From Monocercomonoides exilis PA203 (Eukaryota; Protista; Preaxostyla), in assembly GCA_001643675.2 (NCBI GenBank), contig LSRY02000056.1, positions 248,001 to 312,000 on the forward strand: DNA of 64,000 nucleotides, read 5' to 3'. Below, piece by piece: positions 34,764 through 45,928 of the stretch. Position numbers and translations under genes: made by a program. How positions within the stretch are numbered: position 1 is the stretch's first letter; every line of letters begins with the position of its first letter. The notes under the pieces are model-generated. The model searched no databases. It saw only the letters and a list, made by a program, of their open reading frames with translations, and was not told the DNA's origin.

Positions 34764-34971
34764 TTGAATAATTATTTGACCAATTTTGAATAATAAGTTC
34801 AACTATTTCGAATAATAAGTTTACCAAATTTGAATAACAAATGGTGTAATTAAAAAAATAAAACTCTTCAAAAAATATTGAAACAAATGAACAATTATCA
34901 ATATGTGATAATTTTTGATTTCATATGATTTCTTTAAAAATTTTCGATTCGAAAATATCCCTTGAATATTC

Positions 34972-35792
34972 TCAAATGGCGAAAAATATTTGACTTCATG
35001 CATTTTCATTGAAAAAAAAGCACATTTTCTAGACTTTTCGTGTACAAAAATAATCAATAAAATGGGTTTATTATTTGAAATTCATGTGAGGTCACAAAAC
35101 ATTTTGCAATTATATCAATGATGTTTGTTTGCAGATATGACAATTTAATTTATTTTGAAATCAAAAAATGCAAAATAATGTTATTAGAAAAACAATTTTT
35201 AGGTGCATTGTGCAAAAAAAGCTTGAAAGTCCGTATTTTCCTCCAAATGAACACTAAAAAATGACAAGACTTATCAGAAATATTAGTGATTAGTTTTGAA
35301 ATCATAACTTTTTCAGGAATGTTGGTCGTTGAATAATTATATGTCTTTCTCAAAAAAAAATATCATTCAACTTCTATTAACTGATTGCTGCACTTGCCAA
35401 ATCCAATAAGAAAAATATTGAAATGAGAAAAACACTTATTTGGAAGTTTTAACTATGTTGTGTTCTTTTTGGAAAAGCACAAAATATGTTTTTCAACCGA
35501 AATTATTAATTGAAGATATATGGGGGAAATTACAGACTTTCAAGCTTTTTTGCACAAGGCATTGAAAAATTGCTTCACTCATAACTTTGATTTGAATACT
35601 CGGATATAAAAATAAATATAATTATCATATCCTGAAACAGGCATCATTGAAATCAAATCATTAACTATTGCATCATTTCACGAATTTCAAAAAATCGTCC
35701 TATTTTAATAATGTTTTTTGATCTCAAAAAGTCAATGAAAAGTGCGTTATTTTTCAATGAAAATTCCTGAAGTGAAATATTTTGTCCAATTT
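34972..35792. repeat. Older diverged foldback: arms of about 280 bp (about 34972-35250 and 35517-35792)
   Basis: ttgtgcaaaaaaagcttgaaagtccgta pairs with tacagactttcaagcttttttgcacaa, and aaatatttgacttcatgcattttcattgaaaaa pairs with tttttcaatgaaaattcctgaagtgaaatattt. Confidence 0.8.
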
Positions 35793-35891
35793 GTTTTCAA
35801 AAACAATCAGCCACATCCACATCCTCACAAGAGCTAAACATTTGTTTTTGAAACAGATGATATGAATTATGCATTTGCCATTAATGTCACT

Positions 35892-37533
35892 GGCAAGTTC
35901 CAAGTACATGGACCATCGATAAAAAATTCTTTTCATATTTGGAACGAAAGAAAACGTTATATTAATTAATTGAAAATAAGTTTTATTTGTCGAAAATGCA
36001 ATGTTAATAACTTTCTATTTTTTCACTTGATCTGTACAATAACATTTTTCAAACTTTCATGTTTTTGTTTTATCTAAATTTTTAAGGTTAAGAACCTTAT
36101 CTTCTCATGAAAAAGAACTTAAATCATTTGAGTTTATAAATTGCTTCGAACTGTTTCATTATTTATCACGATATCGTTTTTGAACGTTGTAATTGATATT
36201 TCATAAAAACTTAGCATTTATTGTCAATTTGATTAATTTTTCAGACAAAAAATAATTTCATGAATTGCTTTATTTGAATTAGTTCTTATTATACAAATAT
36301 ACGTGAAATTTTTGATTCGTTTCGAAAATTAATATTTGAATATAATATAAACGTTAATTCTGTATCCTTGAAATGAAAGTTATCAAGTTTCTGTAGCTTT
36401 GTGCAGTTTCAAGATTTATTCTGAAAATGCTGATGGAAAAAACGAAGACTTTTATTTTATGATGATATTTGTCAACTGTGAAAAAACAATAGACATTACA
36501 AATTCCAAAAGCTCATCGTTGTTAACACCAAGAAAAGTGGAAAAATCACAGGAACAAGCAAAATCACTTGACTTCATCACTGAAATAATTGTTTTTCCTT
36601 CATTAGAATTTTTCATGACTTCTCATGAAAATACCACCTCACCTCGCTGAGTTTTTCACGCAGATCTTCCCCTCACCATCAATCCTTATTATCTATCTCT
36701 CTATTTGCAGACGTAAATCTCCATTCTAACTCATATGACACTATCAACAACACCAAATTAATTGATCCCTCGTTTTCTTTGTCCAATCCGCAGATGGAAT
36801 TATTTCTGTCGAAGGCCAACTCGCTGAATTCTATCACAAACATCTCCTTGTTGATCTGCTTGGCAATCGATCGGTAGATAATGTAAAGATCCTTATCTAC
36901 TTTAGCTCTGTTAAAGAAAACCTGACTATGCGAAAAGAAATTGGTAGCGCCTTTGCTTTCTCCGATGACGGAGCATCTGAATGTTCTGGATCGTCCAGGC
37001 AGTTCAATGCAATAGCGCCTCCTCTGTCTTCACTAGTTAAACAATTGTAGGCATATATCAACGATGAAACAAACGAAAATACTGAATTTTGTATAATAAA
37101 CGTAATCAATTTTATAATTTACATACAACAGTGAGCTTTTGACAATTGATTATTTTCTGATGTTCTTTGAATTTTGCTCATTTTTTGTGCTCATGTTAAC
37201 ACATACGAAAGTGAAAACTCAATTGCGATTATTTCCTTCGAAAAAACATGAAATAAATGTGAAAATGAAACCTATCTGGATTTCTCAAAATATAAGCACA
37301 ACAAAAACAAGCGTGTGAAAAAATTTCAAGCGAATGACAATGAAAAAAACAAAGAATAAAAAACAAGGTGGTTTCAAAATATTTATGGGATAGATCAAAT
37401 GAAAAAATAGAAAGTTATTAACATTGCATTTTCGACAAATAAAACTTATTTTCAATTAATTAATATAACGTTTTCTTTCGTTCCAAATATGAAAAGAATT
37501 TTTTATCGATGGTCCATGTACTTGGAACTTGCC
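35892..37533. mobile_element. Non-autonomous Merlin-like TIR element (1,642 bp) carrying a host gene fragment
   Basis: The 142-bp TIRs (35892-36033 and 37392-37533) have one mismatch and begin GGCAAGTTCCAAGTACATGG. The flanks ATGTCACT and AAATCACT match at 6/8 positions. There is no transposase. Confidence 0.85.
36400..37110 (-). pseudogene. Decayed fragment (about one repeat module) of a paralogue of the giant surface-protein family
   Basis: The minus strand reads CLTSEDRGGAIALNC...ISFRIVRFS, frameshifts at about 36915, then reads FNRAKVDKDLYIIYRSIAKQINKEMFVIEFSELAFDRNNSICGLD...INL. This aligns by eye with GRGGGVYL...FRNNEARVGNDIFIECHNITSQINENQFQFD...NAIYGRD...TDL in the 23360 gene. Confidence 0.8.
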
Positions 37534-38435
37534 AAATCACTTCCCAATGACAAACAACCTTTGAAAAATCAACAACCTGAAAAAAGTAACAAATTATCAA
37601 AAAAAATCACCCAAATTCACCTGAAATTTTGACAAAAGAAACTTTTCTGATATACATTGACATATAGAACTATTTCGTCAATTCTCATATATTAATGTGA
37701 ACAAACAATGAGTTATTTCCGTTTGATTATATTAAAGAATACAATTTTTAACTTTTGATTATACATCAGTGTGATGATTTTTTGAAATACGAATAATAAT
37801 CATTAAACGGATCTGTTCATTTTTTTTATTCAAAAACGTAGAGTTTTCGTTTGTTATATAATTTTGTGACATCTTTTTCTTTTCTGAAATGCATTATCAA
37901 AAAAAGTTAAAAAAAACACTATCCTTGTTTTTATTAGCCCTGTGTCACATGCTGACTTCTGGTGTGATATTTTAATTTCCGAAGAACGTGACGAACATTT
38001 TTCTTTTCGCTACCCATGGCAAGTTTTTTTCGAAATAGAACGATTGAAACATAATAAAAATACACATTTTGCTTTTTAACTTTCAATTAAATTTTGTTGC
38101 ATCGAACCTTGAGTTAATAAACTTAGTCTTTAACATATTTAAAATTAAAAAAATTGCATTTCACATTAAATTCATTTTTTCTCATTTGCTTAAAGCTTGG
38201 ATTTGATCAAAAAATATTTTTAAATTCAATAATAAAGTCGAAGTTTGTCATAATTTGTTGTTCTTCACTTCAATTTTGACAAACTTCTTGTTTTTTTTTG
38301 AATAAATTTTTGAATAATTAAAAACTGAAATTCGAAAACTTCTTTCTGTGAAAGTTTTTTTAAAAATAACAGTTTGGAATAAAATTTGATATTTTATCAA
38401 TTTATTTTTTCTAATTATTTAACCATAATAATATT

Positions 38436-41400
38436 ATGAAGAAGAATATGGCGTCTGTTCTCCTTATTCCCGGAATGGGGGGTATAGAAAATATATATGC
38501 ACATTATTAAATTGCAATTTCTTTATTATTATATTAACAGGAAGTATTTTACATGCAGTCAACAAGACAACAAAAGAAACTGAAGTTGTCTGGCCTCGTT
38601 TATTTATTGGAAACACTTTAATGGATAAATATATGACCGGAGATCTGGATAAAAATACTCTTTCATTTGTTTCATTTGATAAAGTTTTGCAACTTATTTC
38701 CTTTTATTCAAGTCAAAATTTCGCACAATTTTTTATAAGACATGCGACATTGTTGCACCAGATGATAACTTTGGTCTTTATGCACTTGACAATCTTATTC
38801 CAGATTTTCCTTTACCTCAACAGTTTGATTTTTCTCATCAATTGCATCAATATGCTTCATTTTCTTTAAAGAGTTCGGTGTTATTATCATGAAGTTATTG
38901 AACTTTTGGAAAAGAACAACTATTTACCAGGGAAATCTTTGTGGGGGTATCCATATGACTGGAGGCAAAGCCCTGACCTGCCGATTATTCAAAACCCACT
39001 CCGAAAAAGAATAAAGGAAGCTTTTGAATCTTGCGGGAATAAAAAGATAACTGTGATTACTCACAGCATGGGTGGACTCGTATTTAAGTGCTATCTTCAG
39101 CTATATCCAGAAGAATTCTCTGCTTACGTGAAACGTTGGATTGCGGTCTCTTGTCCGTTTAATGGAAGTACAAGAGTCTTAGCCGCATTAATATTTGGCT
39201 ATTCATTTGGGCTCCCATCATTTGTTGCAAGCCCGAAACTTTTCCAAACAGTTCAGGTTTTAATAGGGATAAATTTAATTTTCTTTAAGCACAAGTTGTT
39301 GCCGTTTTCTCATGTGTATTTGTCGTCATTTCAATTGATAACTCATTTAGTTGCGCAATGCACTAACATTCTGGTTTTTTGCACCGAGATCTTTTCCTGC
39401 TTCACCGAAAGTGGGAATCAAATACGCCGGACGAGATGAGCTGACTTGGTATGGAGTGCACTACGATGATCAGGGGCGTTGCTTTGATTTCGACAGTATA
39501 GAATCAATGGCCGAGGAGGAAAAGCAAAGAGAACGAAGAGAGAAGAAGACAAGAGACGAGAAAGAGAAGTTGAAGAGGAAAGAGAGGGCAAAACAGAAAG
39601 GAGCAGACGAAAATACAAACGAGAGCGGGAAGGAGAAAGAGAGAGAAACCAAAGAAGAAATAAAGCAGACAAAACATATTGAACAGGAAACACTTCCAGA
39701 AGCCGATAAACTGAGAACGAATGAAATACACATTTCTGATCAAAATAGACATGAGTCATCGCAATACAACAAACAAAAACAGGATTTGCTTGCCGAGAAA
39801 GGGAAAGAAGAAAGCATGACAACAGAACACGAAAGCCAGAACCCGAAGCAGAAAAGAAGAAGCAAAGCAAAAGAGCCAGAAGAAGTGACTCTGCTGAAGT
39901 GTCTGTCAAATGGGACAGCTGAGATATTGCCAGACATCATTGCCAAAACGACGTTCAGTCAGTGCGCAATTGAGAGGTTTGAATCAGAAAGAGAGAAAGA
40001 GAGAAAAGAAAGCGCTGATAGGAAAGAAGAGGATAAATGGCTGAAAAAAGAGGAAATGCAGAAAGTTAATGAGAAAGTTAATGAGAAAGAAAACGAGAAA
40101 GAGAAAGAGAAAGAGAAAGAGAAAGAGAAAGAGAAAGAAGAAGAGAAGGCATCAGAAGAATGCAAGAGGCATTCAATAAATGACGAAGAAAAAAGTCAAA
40201 CATTAACATCCACAATATCAACAACAACAACAACAACAACAACATCATCATCATCATCAACATCTTCTTCTTCTTTAACTGACAAGCCAGTCAAAACTAA
40301 CACAACCACAAGAGCACCACAAAGGTATCTCCGAACACAGCCTCCTCTGCACCAGCCAATTCCCACTCACTTCAACAGCGAAAAGGACCAATTCGTATTC
40401 CAATGCAAATGCGGACTGTGCTTCACAATCGGATCAGAAGAGAGTCTCCATTCAAACACGGCACAGAATCCTGCTTCTGCTTCAGCTTCTGCTTCTGAAT
40501 CATCACCAATCTCAAATTCATGCTCATCTTCATCTTCATTTTCATCTCCACAACCATCTTCAGAAAACACTTCTTGTTCTTCTTTGCAGTCATCATTGCT
40601 TCACCAGACAAGCTCTGTGGAATCCTCTGCCTCTCTTTCAGATTCCATATCACTCACATCTTCAGTTCAGCCACAAAATAACCAAATAATCTGCCCAGCC
40701 TGCCAGTCACACGTTTCCCTCTCTCAATTTGAAGAGTCTCATCTTCAATTGCCATCTGAAAAACATTCAAATACAAAGACAATACAAAATGATGCTAGTG
40801 ATTCATTGAAAGAAAACAATTCTTCTACATCCTCTTCTTCCTTAATGAAAGGTATTCCATCACTTTTACCTTCAACATCAGCTTTCCCATCGTCTGCCTC
40901 TCTTTCTTCCTCTTCTCCATTTCAGTCTGTTTCTGCCATGGCAAACTCTTCTACTACATCGTCTGTTGCCTCACACTCATTCATTTCTCAGCCTCGTTTC
41001 TCTCCTTCTTTTGTTGCTGCTCGGCAATTCAAACATCACAATACATCTCCTTCATCATCATCATCATTATCAACTTCTTCTTCTCCTTCTAAAAAATATG
41101 AAAATTCAACCAGCGAATCATTCAAAGAAAGCACTACATTGCCAGCAAGCACATCTCCATTGCCAAGTTCATCCCATTCTCCGCAAAATTCCTCATCAAC
41201 CGCTGATTCTTCAGCACCAACACCAAACTCTTCACCAGAAATTGCGCAATCATCTACTATTAAAACAAGAAAATCTTCAACATCTCCAGATGATTTACGC
41301 GTTTTGTCTCCTCTTTCTGAAAGTTCATCATCATCATCCTCATCCTCTTCTTCCTCTTCATCTTCCAAAAAGCAGCTGACAGGCCTCCAATACATGTTCC

Positions 41401-44400
41401 ACCCGCAGTTCATCCCTTCTCCTCTGAACAGAATGTTCCGCCCTGGCTGCCCACTCCCTGGCCTCTACAGCAAAAAATACCTGTCCCGCACTCCCCTCCT
41501 TCTGAACGACGATCAATACACCACTCCTTCTCCTTCTTCCTCTCCTTTGCCTTCTCCTTCACCAACCCCATCATCTTCTCCACTGCCTTCACCTCTTTCT
41601 TCTCCTTTGACTTCTCCTCTTCATTTGTCTCATTCAAGCAGCAATTCTTCATCTTTGACTTCTTTGTCAACTTTATCATCTTTATCATCCTCACAACCAT
41701 CATCATCATCATCTTCTTCTTCTTCAACACAAACAGACAATGAAACTTCTTCCAACCAGAACATCTCAGTGGCAATGGTTCAGGTACCATCTTCATCAAA
41801 TTTATCAGTCAACTCTGCTTCAGCTGCATCATCATCATCATCTACTTCTACTTCTACTTCTACTTCTGTTTCTGCTTCTCCGTCTCCATTCTCCTTGTCC
41901 CTTGCCTCTCCATCCCTCAAGCCCCGAACTCCCTTCTCATCTCCTCTTTATCTCCCTTCTTTCCCCTCAAAACCGCTTAAATCAACCAACAGCTTTTCCT
42001 CTTTGTATTCGATGTTCTTCAGCCACAAGCACATCCACAAGTTCAGACAGGTCTTTCTCCTTCCCTTTCACATTCAGTCAGCCGCCAGCAGAACACGCGC
42101 GAAGACAATCTACGCGCCTTCTGGCTCTTTGGACTCGCCTTTCTCTGCTTCTGTGCTCGGCACTCCACTCACAGGCAGCCCTGACTCAATGATTGGCTCT
42201 TCGAATCTATTCTCCTCTTCTCTGTCTTCCTCTCCTCAAGTGATGACATTTTCTCCTGTCAACTTTTCTGTGGCAGGTCCGCTTTTTGGGTCTGCTTCTC
42301 TTTCTATGGATTCTTCCACTCCTTCAATGAACAAGAATATGACTGCATCTCAGTCAAGAAACAAAGAGGAAAAAGCTTTCATGCAGAAATCTGATTTGTC
42401 TTCAAGCAACTTCACTGCTCTGAATGACTCTGATTTTTCTGCTTTTCCAAATGAAAACGAATCGAGCAACAAAGATGGAGAATCTCAACAATCTCTCGAA
42501 AATCCATCATCGTCCTCATCGTCCTCATCATCTTCAAATTCATCCTCTTCATCTTTTCCATCAACTTCTTCACAGCCCTCATCCTCAATACTACAAGAAG
42601 CAACAACCGATTCAGCCAACAAATCAACCATGACAACTTCACTCCCTTCAGAATCTGAACCATCACAGTTGCTTTTGTCTCTCCAAGCAGCTGATGATTT
42701 GGTGTCTCCGTCTACAACACCAGGCGCATTCTCCTCCGTTGTGGTGGATTCTTCCTTCTCTTCATCTGACACAGCATCATCAGCCAACAAACAGAAGTCT
42801 GTTTTCCAGATGCTTGCTGACTATGCACGCGAGTTTGAGTCCAGTGCGAAATCGTCTGGATTGTGGAAGATGATCGGAGGAGAACAGAAAAGCCACGAAA
42901 AGAAAAGCAGCACAAAGAAAGTTGAAAAAGTTGAAAAGCAACAGACAGAAAATGTGAATGAAAAAGAAAAAGAGAAGGAGAAGGAGAAGGAAAAGAAAAG
43001 AAATGATAAAGTTAAACAAAACAGTGAAACAAAAGAAATTAAATCAAAAGAGAACACATCTATCGTAAAAGCCACAAGCAATACAAAGAAGAAATCAGCA
43101 GTGCCAGCAAAGAAGCGCAGTAGGAAAAGCAAAGATTCCACCACATTCACATTCAACATCAGTTCTCTCTTCTCCAACGCAAACTCAGAGAACTTGAGGA
43201 ACTTTGTGCAAGCGCGAGTGTATGGAACAGTTGATGGAAGATACTTCCACCCTTCGTTCCATCAGCGTTCTCTGTTTGCGCTGCTTCGAGCAGTCCATGG
43301 AAACAACCTTTGGAGGGATCCTTCAATCAGAGAGCTATTCAATCATGTGGAGAGCATTCGATCGCTCCCTGTTCTCTTTCCGCCTGAAGGGGAGTTTGAG
43401 TTCATCAATATTTATGGATCGGGGCATGCCACCACGTGGCACATGATTATTGCAGACGACGGGACAGGAAATGCAAACACAAGAATAGCAAGAGAAGAGG
43501 ATGTGACAGCCAGCAGAGTGAAGAATCCTCTTTGGACTGTGGTGGATGGCGACTGCTCAGTGCCTGCATTCTCAGCAGTGAATGACGGGATGAGGGCTGA
43601 TGCGAGGTTTGAGATCAGAGGCGCGCCACATCTGGGCATCTTGCACGACTCGCGGTTTCTGAATCTGATTGCTGCCATTTTGGATCTGCCTCTTCCTTAT
43701 CCAGTGACTGTTGCATCGTCTTCAGCAAGTGCTTCGAAAAGCAAAGCAGGCACTCCACGACCAGCACAACAAGTGGGAAAAGACGGAAAGAAAGTGCAAA
43801 AGAAACAAGCATCAGAAAAGAAATCGATTTGGACGAGCATCAAGAATGGGTTTTTGATGCCCAACAAGAAAATCAATATTTCTGTGATTGAAGGACAAAG
43901 TGATAACAACAAAGCGATTGTTGTTGCTCCATTTGCGGATGCAACAGGTAAGGTATTATATGGATCATCAACTGATTCGTTGGCTGCAAACACAGATGCA
44001 AGCAACAACGAATATTCAACCTCTTCTTCTCTTCCAGACTCAACAGAAAGCAATGATGATTCATTGCAACCAATTATGGAACTGCCTGACATAGCAGATG
44101 TTCAAGTATCAGTGACGTTGCGAGAAAAAACACCAAAAGAAGACGAAGAAGATGAGGAAGAAGAGGAAAGAGATAACCAGCTTGAGGACGAAGAATGGGA
44201 TCCATTGAGACGTTCGCCAGATGGAGAAAGCGGAATGACAGACAGAGAAGAAGAAGAGGAGGAAGAGTATGGAAATGATTCCTTTGACGATGAGTACAAC
44301 ACAGCTACAGACACATTTACGGATGATGGCAGTGACGTTCAAAGCTCTTATGCCTCTGCTGCTTCTGAAGACGAAGATAAAATGAAAGATGAATTCGTTC

Positions 44401-44897
44401 AAACTGAAGAGAAGGAGATCACAGATTCAAATTCAGCATTTGTAGATTTGACAGCAGAAGAGAAGGAGACAGTAAACTCAAAAGCGAAAGTCAGACAACA
44501 AAAGGCAAAGAATTCCAGTCAAAATCCAAAACATCGCAGCCAAAGACAAGTTCAATGGGACAGCAGGAGCATTGCTTCATTTGCAGTTGAAGAAGAATGG
44601 AAGTTGGATCCAGCGATGATTTTACCACAAGATCAGATGGAAAGAGAAAGGCAAGACACAAATTTAACACGTAATTCAACACAAAAGAATGTGCATACAG
44701 CAATAGCATATTCAGCAAATACACCATCTTCCTCATCGTCTGTTTCTTCTCAATCTCCAAACATCCCCTTTTCACATGCAGTTGCATCGTCTTCTTTTGG
44801 AGTAGAGCCTGCTGCCCCTTCAACGTCATCTTCTTCTCTTCGAGGATTTTCTTCAGCATGGAGTTCATTCGTTGCTTCTGCTTTCTCAAAGAAATAA
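38436..44897 (+). CDS. LCAT/phospholipase A (alpha/beta-hydrolase) family protein with a low-complexity insertion of more than 1,200 aa, about 5 exons
   Basis: Motifs: VLLIPGMGGSIL, VWPRL, GLYALDNL, GYPYDWRQ, ITHSMGG (catalytic Ser) and CPFNGS. Far downstream are IYGSGHAT, VDGDCSVP (Asp) and APHLGIL (His). Confidence 0.88.
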
Positions 44898-45928
44898 ATT
44901 ATTTCAAAAAGCATTTTTTTTTTTGAACTTTAAATAAATCATTTTGAGTTTTATTAGATTTCATTTTTTGTCGATTTTTTTTTTAAATAACTTCTTATTC
45001 TATGAAATGAATACGAACAATGTAAAATTCATTGAATAATAGAATTGGAAGCATAATGAAAGTGCTCATTTACAATTAAGCTTTACTACTTTTTGAAACT
45101 GAAATTTTAAGTTTCTGTTTTATTGAGATTTAATTTGAATGTTTGATTGTTTCCCAAAAAAAAATCAAAGATTTACAATGTTTCTTTGGATGTGTATGTG
45201 ATTTTTGTATGTTCTGTTTTGAATGTTTGTTGAAAGAATGACTTTTTTTTCATCTTTTGTGGATAATTGGATGATTTTAATCCAACCACAATTGCATCAA
45301 CTATAAGCTTTATCAATAATTAAAAAAATAAATAAATAAAAATACATATTTTTTTGAACGTATATTGTGAAAGATAACAAAACAGCGAAAGAAAGACTTT
45401 ATGGAAACAATTGAAAAAGATAATTAATTGCAATGATTGAACGAGGTGAAGATAAATAAATAAATAAAACAAACATACAACAAGTGCTTTAATGGTGGAA
45501 TTAGAGCAATAAAACAGATAGAACAGAACAGAAACGTCAAAAAAATGAAAAAAATAAAAACAAGAATAAAAAGAAAACGAACTCAAATAACTCAAACAAC
45601 ACAAATAAAAATATACAGATACGAAACACTTTAACAGTTGCTTCGAAGATAAAAACCAAATCAAAATGTTATAAAAATTTCATTTATTTAAAAATAAAGA
45701 GAATTCTCATTGAAACTTTGAAACAAAAATTAAAGAATAAATATTCACAAAAATAAAAATTGTCACAATAGTTTAAAAAATGTTAAAAACTGAATGAAAT
45801 ATTTTAGTGATGAATTGCCATGAATAACTGTAACTATCTATTAACTGGTGAGAAAACGCTATACTTTAAAAAAAACATAATTAAAAATATATTCACATCG
45901 CTCAAAAAAAAAATCTCTATGTGTTCTA

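Noticed and set aside
36399-36790. Plus-strand resemblance to the N-terminus of the giant protein
   Set aside because: The same bases are better explained by continuous minus-strand homology to a repeat module. The plus-strand likeness is compositional.
37935-38030. Weak hairpin and a GGCAAGTT octamer matching the TIR start
   Set aside because: The match is only 8 bp, with no partner end or TSD and no ncRNA boxes.
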